Shown: positions 11,113-19,185 of the stretch, piece after piece | Numbering within the stretch: position 1 is the first letter of the stretch | Layout: each line of letters starts with the position of its first letter | From: Clostridia bacterium | GTDB taxonomy: Bacteria; Bacillota; Clostridia; Christensenellales; CAG-314 | Assembly (NCBI GenBank): GCA_017505015.1 | Contig: JAFVQA010000068.1 | Coordinates: forward strand, 1-48,743 | DNA: 48,743 bases | Direction: 5' to 3' | The notes under the pieces: model-generated | Seen by the model: only the letters and a program-made list of their open reading frames with translations | Told to the model about the DNA's origin: nothing | Databases searched by the model: none | Made by a program: the position numbers and the translations under genes

Positions 11113-11210
11113 AGCACAAAAACACCTGTCACAAGCATGGCATATATCTGCCATATGCTTGGCAATGCATTGCAAATGGCTTTTCAGCACTTTTTGTCAA
11201 TTTTTATCAA
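11113..11210 (-). repeat. palindrome-cluster repeat P, copy 2
   Basis: GGCATATATCTGCC (11139-11152) and GCAATGCATTGC (11162-11173). Same order and orientation as copy 1, again just downstream (on the - strand) of a terminator. Confidence 0.65.
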
Positions 11211-11286
11211 AAAAATAAAAACGTAAAAAATTTAAATTTTTCAATCAAAAAAGGGAAGAAATATCTCCCCCCCTCTTTATTTTAAT

Positions 11287-12393
11287 TTAATTTTTATTAT
11301 TGGAAATTACACCGTCTTTAACGTTGAACAAGTTGTAAGAAATTCCGTTGGCAAGGCTTTGGTCAAACTCTGGCGTTGCTATAATCGTTTGAATGTTTTT
11401 TGTATATTTAAGCAATTGTTTGCGCCTTGTTTCGTCAATTTCACTAAACACGTCGTCTAAAAGCAAAACAGGATATTCGCCAACTGTGTCGTGCAAAAGT
11501 TTTACTTCTGCAAGTTTAAGTGAAAGTGCTGCCGTGCGTTGCTGACCCTGACTGCCAAATTTGCGAATATCTATTCCGTCAATTGCAAATTTTATGTCGT
11601 CACGATGAACGCCACTTGTTGTAAAACCAAGTTTTTGTTGTTTTTCAAAAGTGTCGGAAAGTTTCTGCACCAAAAACTCTTCTGCCTCTTGTCTGGTTGT
11701 GCCCTGCATTTCGCTTTGATAAACGATATCTAAACTTTCTTTTCCACTGGTAAGGTGTTTGTGAATTTCGTTTGCAACAGGCGAAATTTTTTGTATAAAA
11801 TCAAGCCTTTTTAAAAACAGTTTTGCTCCCTCTTTGGCAAGTTGCCTGTCCCAGATAGAAAGCATTTCTGCAAGGTTTTTGTTGTTGTTTTCTTTTTTAA
11901 GCAGGTTGTTTCGCTGATTGAGAATTTTGTTATATCTTGCCAGAGTATAAAAATAGTTTTTGTCTGTCTGGCAAAGGTCAATATCCATAAAGCGTCTTCT
12001 TTCGTCTGGGCCTTCGCGAATAACGTCTATTTCGGCAGGTGAAAAATAAATAACGTTAAGCCAGCCAAGCAATTCGCCAATTTTTGCAACAGGCATGCCA
12101 TTTGTGGCTATGCGCTTTTTTTCGCCTTTTGAAAGTTTAATTTCTATCTGACTTTTTGTATTTTTTGTTACAACTTCTGTCTTTATCGTTGCAGATTGTT
12201 CGTTCCAGTTGATTATATCTTTATCTTTATCGCTTTTTGGAGTTTTTCCTAAAGATGACAAAACAAGGCATTCTAAAAAATTAGTTTTGCCTTGTGCATT
12301 GAGCCCACAAAAAACGTTGAGCCCATTTTTTAATGCAACTTTTTGCTCTTTCAGGTTGCGATAGTTTTTTACAAAAACACTTTGAACGTACAT
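11287..12393 (-). CDS. recF: DNA replication and repair protein RecF
   Basis: ORF track. MYVQSVFVKNYRNL start, Walker A GLNAQGKTNFLE, signature FGSQGQQRTAALSLKLA, Walker B LLLDDVFSEID. Confidence 0.95.
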   Translation of the reverse strand: MYVQSVFVKNYRNLKEQKVALKNGLNVFCGLNAQGKTNFLECLVLSSLGKTPKSDKDKDIINWNEQSATIKTEVVTKNTKSQIEIKLSKGEKKRIATNGMPVAKIGELLGWLNVIYFSPAEIDVIREGPDERRRFMDIDLCQTDKNYFYTLARYNKILNQRNNLLKKENNNKNLAEMLSIWDRQLAKEGAKLFLKRLDFIQKISPVANEIHKHLTSGKESLDIVYQSEMQGTTRQEAEEFLVQKLSDTFEKQQKLGFTTSGVHRDDIKFAIDGIDIRKFGSQGQQRTAALSLKLAEVKLLHDTVGEYPVLLLDDVFSEIDETRRKQLLKYTKNIQTIIATPEFDQSLANGISYNLFNVKDGVISNNKN

Positions 12394-12400
12394 ATATTTT

Positions 12401-12409
12401 ATTATATCA
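12401..12409 (-). promoter_or_regulatory. extended -10 element TGATATAAT placed 7 nt from the recF ATG (possible leaderless mRNA)
   Basis: Reverse strand reads TGATATAAT-AAAATAT-ATG. No SD before recF. Confidence 0.35.
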
Positions 12410-12485
12410 CATCGTTTTGTTATTTCTATATTTTTATGTCATTTATTATTTTTTTGTTTTTTATTATCACTCCGTGGGGCATAAA

Positions 12486-12515
12486 AAAAGACGCAGTAAA
12501 AACTACGTCTTTAAA
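12486..12515 (-). terminator. intrinsic terminator after dnaN
   Basis: GACGTAGT-TTTT-ACTGCGTC stem (one mismatch) followed by T7 on the reverse strand. Confidence 0.6.
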
Positions 12516-12536
12516 TAACTTTATACAACAAGTGTG

Positions 12537-13643
12537 TCATACCATGCGAACAGGCAAAATGAGGTAAAGATAATCTTCTTTATCGCAAGGAGTGATAACA
12601 CAAGGGTTAACAGGAGTGTTAAGGTTTATTTTGATAAACTCGTCGTCAATAACACGTGTGCAGTCAAGAAGATATCTTGAGTTGAAAGCAATTGTCATAT
12701 CTTTACCCACGAGATTTATTGCAACGATTTCGTGAAGGTTTGCACCATCGTCGCTGTTAGAAACAATGTGCAAAGTTTCTTCTTTAATGTCAAGTTTAAC
12801 GAGGTTGTTCTTTTCGCCACGAGAAAGAATTGCAGCTCTGTCAAGACTTGATTTAAACTGATCTTTGTTGATGATAACGTTTGTATCAAAATCGTTAGGA
12901 ATGATTTGTTTGTAATTGATAAAATCACCACTCAACAAACGGGTCATAACACAACTGTGACCAAGATCTACCATCAAAAAGTTGTTTTCTATTTTTACCT
13001 GAACGATATCTTCGCTGTCATCAAGAAATTTGCTGAGTTCTGAAAGACTGCGAGCAGGAACGATAACCTTAATTTTTTCGTCAACTTTGTTTTCAAGTGG
13101 TTTTTTAACCAAAGCCAGACGATAACCGTCAAGTGCAACCGAACTTATTGTAAAATCTTCTGCCTCAAAAAGACAACCTTTGAGAGTTGGTCTTGCATCG
13201 TCAGTTGAAACAGAAAAAATTGTTTTAGAAATAAGGTCTTTAAACTCTTTAGACACAATGCTGAAATATTTGCAGTCAGACAACTTTTCAATTTCAGGAT
13301 ATTCTTCTACAGAAAAGCATTGTTTTTCAATTTCGCCATCTGTATATTTAAGTTTTAAACGAAGGTTGTCGTCAAGAGAAAGTTCGATCTGTTCGTTAGT
13401 GAGCATTTTTACCATGTCGGCAAAAAATCTGCCAGGAACAACAACTTCACCTTCAAGCAAAACTTCTGCATTTATTTTCTTTTCAATAGCAAGCTCGAGG
13501 TCTGTTGCAAACAACACAAGACTGTCGTTTTTTGCAGTAATTTTAATACCCTCTAAAATAGGAGTTACGTTTTTGCTGTTGAGCGCTTTTGTAACCTTAA
13601 GCACTGCATCGCTGAGTTCGAGACCTTGACAAATAACTTTCAT
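12537..13643 (-). CDS. dnaN: DNA polymerase III beta sliding clamp
   Basis: ORF track. SD AAGAGGA. Typical length (368 aa) and three-domain clamp sequence, ending LILPVRM. Confidence 0.95.
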   Translation of the reverse strand: MKVICQGLELSDAVLKVTKALNSKNVTPILEGIKITAKNDSLVLFATDLELAIEKKINAEVLLEGEVVVPGRFFADMVKMLTNEQIELSLDDNLRLKLKYTDGEIEKQCFSVEEYPEIEKLSDCKYFSIVSKEFKDLISKTIFSVSTDDARPTLKGCLFEAEDFTISSVALDGYRLALVKKPLENKVDEKIKVIVPARSLSELSKFLDDSEDIVQVKIENNFLMVDLGHSCVMTRLLSGDFINYKQIIPNDFDTNVIINKDQFKSSLDRAAILSRGEKNNLVKLDIKEETLHIVSNSDDGANLHEIVAINLVGKDMTIAFNSRYLLDCTRVIDDEFIKINLNTPVNPCVITPCDKEDYLYLILPVRMV

Positions 13644-14063
13644 AAAATATCCTCTTTTATAAACAAATTTTTATTTTGATTTGTTTTTGTTAAAACAATT
13701 TATAGTTTTTATAACAAAAAATGACTTTTTTGACGAAAAACATAAAAAAATAAAATTTTTTTTGAGTTAGTTTATATATCAAAAAAGCAGTTGCAGTAGT
13801 AGGGTGTGTTAAAATGTGGATAGATTTTTTAAAAAAACGCAACCTTCACTGACTAAATACATTATAAACGATTTGGCAGAAAATGGCAACACAATATATA
13901 GTTTTTAAGGCCTTTTTAAAAACAAAAATGAACTGTTGAAAACCACCTTTTTTTGTGTTGATAAGGTTGTGTTTTTTGTGTGGAAAAAGGTGTGAAAAAG
14001 TGTGTTTTAACGCAAAAAACTGCCGTTTAAAAAACTTGCTTTTATTTTTTTTTCGTGTATAAT
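13644..14063. other. candidate oriC (A/T-rich unwinding region plus DnaA-box cluster) at the coding-strand switch
   Basis: All genes to the left are on the - strand and all genes to the right on the + strand. 13650-13795 is almost pure A/T. DnaA-box-like 9-mers cluster at 13815-13999. Confidence 0.5.
13815..13999. promoter_or_regulatory. DnaA-box-like sites (8/9 matches to TGTGGATAA)
   Basis: TGTGGATAG 13815-13823, TGTTGATAA 13956-13964, TGTGGAAAA 13979-13987, and a weaker TGTGAAAAA 13991-13999. Confidence 0.45.
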
Positions 14064-14378
14064 GGCACTTACAAAGTGCCCAAAAGTTGGCTCTGTATGG
14101 AGTGCAGTTGTTTTACAAAACTTTTATGGTGCTAATAAGTTGCATAAGACAAATAAAACTGACTTTATATAAAGCTTGTTTACAAAAACTTTGTAGAGTT
14201 TTTGTCGCACTTTTATAAAGTGCGTGTTTAACCCACGAAAAATTTTTAGCATTGCAAATGATAAAAGTTTTTCGTTCTGCTAAAAATAAAAATAAATATA
14301 ACAAACGAAACTTTATACATAATGAAACAATATAACAAGCCATACCGTTGCACACTTGTTAAGTGTGCCCACGGAGTG
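14064..14378 (+). repeat. composite intergenic element E, copy E1 (upstream of dnaA)
   Basis: Starts with GGCACTTACAAAGTGCC and ends with GCACACTTGTTAAGTGTGC-CCACGGAGTG. 14081-14144 matches 20589-20652 at 61/64. 14217-14277 matches the reverse complement of 15924-15984 at 56/61 (hand counts). Confidence 0.8.
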
Positions 14379-14418
14379 AAAAATTAAAAAAGTGATTAAT
14401 TAAAAAGCGGTAAAAAAT

Positions 14419-15765
14419 ATGGACGTAAGAGAACTTTGGCAAAAAATGCTTGATGAACTGGAAACGATGATTCCGGCTTTGGGTTTTGACACTCTCATGG
14501 AAACGACGGCACCAGTAAACGTAACAGAAAACAAACTTATACTTTGCACAAACAGCGAAATTAGCAAAACTTTGGTACAAAAAAGGTTTTTGATACATAT
14601 AAGAGAAGCCATGCAAATGGTTTCGCCTATGCTTGACGACGTTGTTGTTATTACAGAAGACCAGAAAGAATATTATAAAACTAAAGAAGATCAAGACATT
14701 AAACCACTTGGCAACGTGTGGGAAGATGCAAACTTTATTAAAAAATATACTTTTGACAACTTTGTAGTAGGAAGCAGCAACGAATTTGTTGCAGCAGCGT
14801 CACAAGCTGTTTCAGAAGCACCGGGCAAAAAGTTTAATCCGTTGTTTATATATGGTGGTGTTGGTCTTGGCAAAACTCACTTGCTCAACGCCATTGGAAA
14901 CAAAATAACAAGCGATCAGCCACAGTTGAAAACTCTTTACGTTAGTTGCGAAAAATTTACAAACGAACTTATCGAGGCTATCAGGGACACTAAAAACCCA
15001 AGCGATGCCAAAAAAACTTTCCGTCAAAAATATCGCAACTGCGACGTTTTGATGATTGACGATATTCAGTTTATATCAAAAACAGACGCAACTCAGGAAG
15101 AATTGTTTCATACTTTCAACGACCTTTATAATGCAGAAAAGCAAATTATCATAAGCAGTGACCGCCCACCGAGAGAAATTCAACACCTCGAAGACAGGCT
15201 GCGCACAAGATTTGCATGGGGTCTTATTGCAGACATTAAACCACCTGATCTTGAAACACGAATTGCAATTTTGCAAAGAAAGGCAAACGAACAAGGCGTT
15301 GCCGTGCAGGACAGCATTCTTAAACGAATTGCAGAGTCTGTTCAGGACAACATTCGTGATATGGAAGGTCTTCTTACACGCGTTATCAGCTATGCTTCAC
15401 TTACAAACCAAAAAGAAATTGACTTGAACATTCTTAACGAAGCGTTGAAAGACTATACTGACGACCAAAAAGAAATGATTTCTGCCGAAACTATTATGGA
15501 CGTTGTTTGCGAGTATTTCAACGTGAGCAAAGCAGACCTTATTGGCAAAAAGAAAAACAAAGAAATTGTTGAGCCACGACAAATATGCATGTATCTCATC
15601 ACCGAATTTTTGACAACCCCTCTCAAAGAAATTGGCAATATTTTTGGAGGAAGAGACCACACAACAGTTATTTTTGCACGTGACAAAATTGCAGAACAAT
15701 GCAACATGGAAACACGCATTGCTCTTTACGTTAAAGACCTTAAAGCATTGTTGCTCAAGAAGTAA
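14419..15765 (+). CDS. dnaA: chromosomal replication initiator protein DnaA
   Basis: ORF track. AAA+ Walker A GGVGLGKTHLLNAIG, Walker B VLMIDDIQF, sensor SDRPP, domain IV DHTTVIFARDKI. Weak SD. Confidence 0.95.
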   Translation: MDVRELWQKMLDELETMIPALGFDTLMETTAPVNVTENKLILCTNSEISKTLVQKRFLIHIREAMQMVSPMLDDVVVITEDQKEYYKTKEDQDIKPLGNVWEDANFIKKYTFDNFVVGSSNEFVAAASQAVSEAPGKKFNPLFIYGGVGLGKTHLLNAIGNKITSDQPQLKTLYVSCEKFTNELIEAIRDTKNPSDAKKTFRQKYRNCDVLMIDDIQFISKTDATQEELFHTFNDLYNAEKQIIISSDRPPREIQHLEDRLRTRFAWGLIADIKPPDLETRIAILQRKANEQGVAVQDSILKRIAESVQDNIRDMEGLLTRVISYASLTNQKEIDLNILNEALKDYTDDQKEMISAETIMDVVCEYFNVSKADLIGKKKNKEIVEPRQICMYLITEFLTTPLKEIGNIFGGRDHTTVIFARDKIAEQCNMETRIALYVKDLKALLLKK

Positions 15766-15772
15766 GATTTAT

Positions 15773-15810
15773 AGCACTATGAAAGTAAAAACTTTTGTAG
15801 TGCTTTTTTT
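15773..15810 (+). terminator. intrinsic terminator after dnaA
   Basis: AGCACTA-18 nt-TAGTGCT followed by T7. Confidence 0.6.
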
Positions 15811-15814
15811 ATGC

Positions 15815-16224
15815 CACTCTGTGGGGCAGGGTTTCACAAACCCTGCACAAACAGTATAGCTTATTAATTTATTTTGTTGGTTTTATAATTTTTTGTTTTT
15901 ATATTTATTTTTAACTTTAAACGGAACTAAAAACTTTTATCATTTTTAATGTTAAAAATTTTTCGTGAGTTAAACACGCACTTTTTATGCATGCCACGAG
16001 TAGAATTTTTGTTAATGTAATATAGCAAGTGCCAATTTGTAAATAAAATTAATACGAGTAAAAGTGCGACAAAAACAGTAGTAATATCAATTTATCAGCA
16101 CTTGCTGGGTTTTATAACAAACATTTTATTCGTTGTTTTCTCTGCAAATTGTTAGCACTATAAAAGCCTTATGTTACAACTGTGCCATATACTGTGCTTA
16201 CTTTTTTGGCATTTTATAAATGCC
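15815..16224 (-). repeat. composite intergenic element E, copy E2 (inverted, downstream of dnaA)
   Basis: Begins next to dnaA with CACTCTGTGGGGC (reverse complement of the E1/E3 terminal motif). Contains the 61-nt core 15924-15984 and an inverted, diverged copy of the 64-nt block (about 16150-16200). Ends with GGCATTTTATAAATGCC (16208-16224). Confidence 0.8.
15985..16060 (+). repeat. sub-element S (76 nt) filling a palindrome loop inside E2
   Basis: E2 reads GCACTTT-[76 nt: ..CCACGAGTAGAA...ATACGAGTA]-AAAGTGCGAC. The homologous E1 site is an intact hairpin CGCACTTTTATAAAGTGCG (14206-14224). Confidence 0.7.
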
Positions 16225-16356
16225 CACTTTTTAAGTGCCTTGTGGTTGTAAAACTTTTGACCACAATATGTTGTGTTTTGGTATTTTTTGTGAAAAAAAG
16301 TATATAAAAAAGGTGAAATTATGCACATTTTTGGGGTATGCAAAAAGTTAAATTCG

Positions 16357-16385
16357 TTGACATAAACAAGATTTTACTTTATACT
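16357..16385 (+). promoter_or_regulatory. sigma-A-type promoter for rpmH operon (TTGACA-17-TATACT)
   Basis: TTGACA 16357-16362, a 17-nt spacer, TATACT 16380-16385. It lies 57 nt upstream of the rpmH ATG. Confidence 0.65.
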
Positions 16386-16441
16386 TGATTGGTTAAAACA
16401 AATATTATGGGGAATTCCCTAAAAAAATAGGAGAAGGCAAA

Positions 16442-16576
16442 ATGAAAAGAACTTATCAACCTAAAAAAAGACAACGCAGCAAAGTACACGGCTTCCGTAA
16501 AAGAATGGCAAGCAAAGGTGGCAGAAACGTTCTCGCTAGAAGAAGAGCAAAAGGCAGACACCAACTCTCTGCATAA
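16442..16576 (+). CDS. rpmH: 50S ribosomal protein L34
   Basis: Below the ORF-track size cutoff. SD AGGAGAAGG. My translation is [44 protein letters not shown] (44 aa). Confidence 0.93.
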   Translation: MKRTYQPKKRQRSKVHGFRKRMASKGGRNVLARRRAKGRHQLSA

Positions 16577-16583
16577 TTGGTAA

Positions 16584-16925
16584 ATGATGGAAAAACAATA
16601 TAGGCTACGCAAAAACTATCAGTTTAATTACGTGTATAAACACGGCAAAGCAATTAGCGACAAAAATCTGGTGTTAGTTTTTTGCCAAAACAAAAACAAC
16701 AAGCCTAAAATTGGGTTTTCTATAAGCAAAAAGTTTGGCAAAGCAGTAAAGCGCAATAAAATGCGCCGTCGCCTTAAAGAAATTGTAAACAAAAGGTTTG
16801 GTTTGCTTGAAAGAAAGTATAACTATATCTTTTTGCCAAGAATAAAAGAAGAGCCTGCAACTTTTGCACAGCTTGAAAAATCTGTAGATTATCTTTTGGA
16901 AAAAGTAAAAAAAGAACAAGCATGA
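16584..16925 (+). CDS. rnpA: ribonuclease P protein component
   Basis: ORF track. Basic 113-aa protein directly after rpmH, with LRKNYQFNYVYKHGK and the KAVKRNKMRRRLKE (RNR-like) motif. Confidence 0.9.
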   Translation: MMEKQYRLRKNYQFNYVYKHGKAISDKNLVLVFCQNKNNKPKIGFSISKKFGKAVKRNKMRRRLKEIVNKRFGLLERKYNYIFLPRIKEEPATFAQLEKSVDYLLEKVKKEQA

Positions 16926-17164
16926 AATGGATATGTATAGGTCTGTTGAAATTGTATAAATTGTTTTTGTCACCTTTTACAGGCAAAAACTGTTTGTTTT
17001 ATCCTACTTGTTCGGTTTATTCGATGGAGGCGTATTATACGCACGGTTTTTTTAAAGGAAGTTGGCTTACCGCCAAACGACTTGTCAGGTGTGGTCCTTG
17101 GTCAAAGGGTGGTTTTGACCCCATACCGTACAAATTTGGAGGTAACATAAAATGGGTTATATGA
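16922..17164 (+). CDS. yidD: membrane protein insertion efficiency factor YidD
   Basis: ORF track. YKLFLSPFTG..C.FYPTCSVYSMEA....G...G..L...R..RCGPW..GG.DP.P motif. 4-nt overlap with rnpA. Confidence 0.88.
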   Translation: MKWICIGLLKLYKLFLSPFTGKNCLFYPTCSVYSMEAYYTHGFFKGSWLTAKRLVRCGPWSKGGFDPIPYKFGGNIKWVI

Positions 17165-18303
17165 TCTCATTTTTGGCAGCACTTGAAGTGCCAGATCTTA
17201 ACTGGGTCGGCAATATCGTAGCTGCACTTTACAATTTTGTAGGCAACTACGGCTGGACAGTCGTGTTGTTTACTGTGATACTTAAAGTTATCACATTGCC
17301 TCTTGATTTTTGGCAACGCATCAGCACAAAGAAAAATGCCATCAAGATGCAACAAATGCAACCTATGATGGAAAAGATTGACAAAGCATATGGTGCAAAC
17401 GTTAAAGGTGCTCAACAAGAAAAGCAAAAACTCATGAAAAAGTTTGGCTATTCTATGTTTTCGAGCTGTTTGCCAACTTTGGTAACGCTTGTTGTCTTTA
17501 TCATCATGTTCTCTGGTCTTACAAGTTATTCTTCACACGCAAACGTAAAAGAATATAACGAACTTGTAGAAGCATATCACTACAACGTTGTTGTTCAGGC
17601 ACAAGAAGAAGACCTTGTTATTTCTGACACACTCAAAGCTGTTATTGCCGACGGTGTTTATGAAAAAGGTGACTGGAACGAACAGGCAGAATCTGCATAT
17701 TTTGCAGAAATCGTGCCACAAATCAATGAATTGGTTAACACAGACCAAGAAAAATATTCACGCATTATCGAAGGAACAAAAATACCTGTTGCAGAATTTG
17801 CAAAACAAAACAGAGAAAGCTTCCTTTGGATAAAAAATATCTGGCGTGCCGACACATGGCAAAGCGTAATGCCGGATTATGACGAGTTTAAAAACGGTGG
17901 AATGGGCACAGCCGGTATCGATGGTGCCGACGAAGCAGAATATAACGTTATTTATGAAGCCGTAACAACTCATGCAGGTGGTTATGCCGGTGCAGCATGG
18001 AATGGTTTGCTCATTCTTCCTGCCCTTGCAATTGCATTGTCATTCTTGTCAATGAAACTCACACAAGGTTCAAACCCAATGGCAAACGACCCACAATCAC
18101 AAAGAACATCAAAAATGATGATGCTCATGATGCCACTCATGATGTCATTCTTTATCTTGTTATATACAGCGGCACTTGGTGTATATATCGTAAGCAACTC
18201 TATCTTGTCAATTTTTACAACGTTGCTTATTACACCAATCGTTAACAAAATGATTAAAGAAAAAGACATTCAGATTGTAAAACAGGCATCATACAGGAGA
18301 TAA
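17152..18303 (+). CDS. yidC: YidC/Oxa1-family membrane insertase (long variant with about 150-aa insert)
   Basis: ORF track. VLFTVILKVITLPLD, QQMQPMMEKI...EKQKLMKKFG, FLWIKNIWRAD and the C-terminal TM bundle. The start could be 17152 or 17161. Confidence 0.88.
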   Translation: MGYMISFLAALEVPDLNWVGNIVAALYNFVGNYGWTVVLFTVILKVITLPLDFWQRISTKKNAIKMQQMQPMMEKIDKAYGANVKGAQQEKQKLMKKFGYSMFSSCLPTLVTLVVFIIMFSGLTSYSSHANVKEYNELVEAYHYNVVVQAQEEDLVISDTLKAVIADGVYEKGDWNEQAESAYFAEIVPQINELVNTDQEKYSRIIEGTKIPVAEFAKQNRESFLWIKNIWRADTWQSVMPDYDEFKNGGMGTAGIDGADEAEYNVIYEAVTTHAGGYAGAAWNGLLILPALAIALSFLSMKLTQGSNPMANDPQSQRTSKMMMLMMPLMMSFFILLYTAALGVYIVSNSILSIFTTLLITPIVNKMIKEKDIQIVKQASYRR

Positions 18304-18304
18304 A

Positions 18305-18979
18305 ATGAGACAGGTTGAAGAAAGCGCAAAAAACGTTGACCTTGCCATCGAAAAAGCTTTGACCAAACTCGGTATCACCCAAAACCAGGCAGAAATAGAA
18401 GTGTTGAGCACAGGTGGTTTGTTTAAACAAGCCAAAGTGAGAGTAACAAAAAAACAAACGGAAGGCGAAGTTGCATCAAAGTTTGTTGAAAACGTTTTGG
18501 AAAAAATGGGTCTCACTTTTGTCGTTGAACTTGAAGAAAGCGAAACAGACGTTAAACTTGAACTCACAGGCACAGAAACTGGTTGTGTCATTGGCTATCG
18601 TGGCGAAGTGCTTGATGCTTTGCAATATTTGGCTTCGCTGGTGGCAAACAAAGGAAAAGAAGGATATAAACGCATCATTCTTGACACAGAAAACTATCGT
18701 GAAAAACGCGTTGAAAAACTCAACTCACTTGCAAAAAATCTTGAGATAAAAGCAATGCGTATCAACAAACCTGTAAAGCTCGAACCGATGAACTCTTTTG
18801 AAAGAAGAATTATCCACTCAGCTTTGCAAAGCAGTGAAAAGGTAGTTACAAAGTCAGAAGGCACGTCTCCAAACAGATACGTTGTTATCGTTCCAAAAGA
18901 TTATTCACCTTCTGCACAAAAACCAGAAAGAAAAAAGATGCACAAGTTTGTATATCGTTCAGACAAAAAAAGAAGATAA
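18305..18979 (+). CDS. jag: Jag/KhpB-type RNA-binding protein (Jag_N, KH, R3H)
   Basis: ORF track. Conserved position after yidC. KH-like GYRGEVLDALQYL and R3H LEPMNSFERRIIH. Confidence 0.85.
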   Translation: MRQVEESAKNVDLAIEKALTKLGITQNQAEIEVLSTGGLFKQAKVRVTKKQTEGEVASKFVENVLEKMGLTFVVELEESETDVKLELTGTETGCVIGYRGEVLDALQYLASLVANKGKEGYKRIILDTENYREKRVEKLNSLAKNLEIKAMRINKPVKLEPMNSFERRIIHSALQSSEKVVTKSEGTSPNRYVVIVPKDYSPSAQKPERKKMHKFVYRSDKKRR

Positions 18980-18986
18980 ATTGACG

Positions 18987-19020
18987 AAGGTGAGGTTTTT
19001 TAAATCTCACCTTTTGTTAT
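18987..19020 (+). terminator. intrinsic terminator after jag
   Basis: AAGGTGAG-11 nt-CTCACCTT followed by TTGTTATTT. Confidence 0.6.
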
Positions 19021-19156
19021 TTATTTTGTATGCCCACTGTTTTTATAGTGAGCGTATATAATAAATAACAACATTTGCTCGCAGGTGTGCAATCTGCAAA
19101 AAAACAAGCATTAAAAGAGTATAGTTAAACAATATTTATACTGAGCCATACTGTTG

Positions 19157-19173
19157 GGCACTTTTAAAGTGCC
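19157..19173 (+). repeat. CACTT/AAGTG palindrome abutting the mnmE SD
   Basis: GAGCCATACTGTTG-GGCACTTTTAAAGTGCC-GGGAGA-AAACCT-ATG. Same arrangement as upstream of gyrB. Confidence 0.7.
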
Positions 19174-19185
19174 GGGAGAAAACCT

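Noticed and set aside
14097-14135. Conserved micro-ORF in the 64-nt block of element E (MECSCFTKLLWC, with counterpart MECSCFIKLLLC at 20605-20643)
   Set aside because: No SD. The ATG is not conserved in the other copies of the block (about 850, 16150-16200, 20745-20800). Conservation is explained by the nucleotide repeat itself.
16321-16365. 14-codon ORF (MHIFGVCKKLNSLT) with good SD AAAGGTGA overlapping the -35 of the rpmH promoter
   Set aside because: Too short to evaluate and no support from repeats or context, so it is probably a chance occurrence. Only ribosome profiling could revive it.
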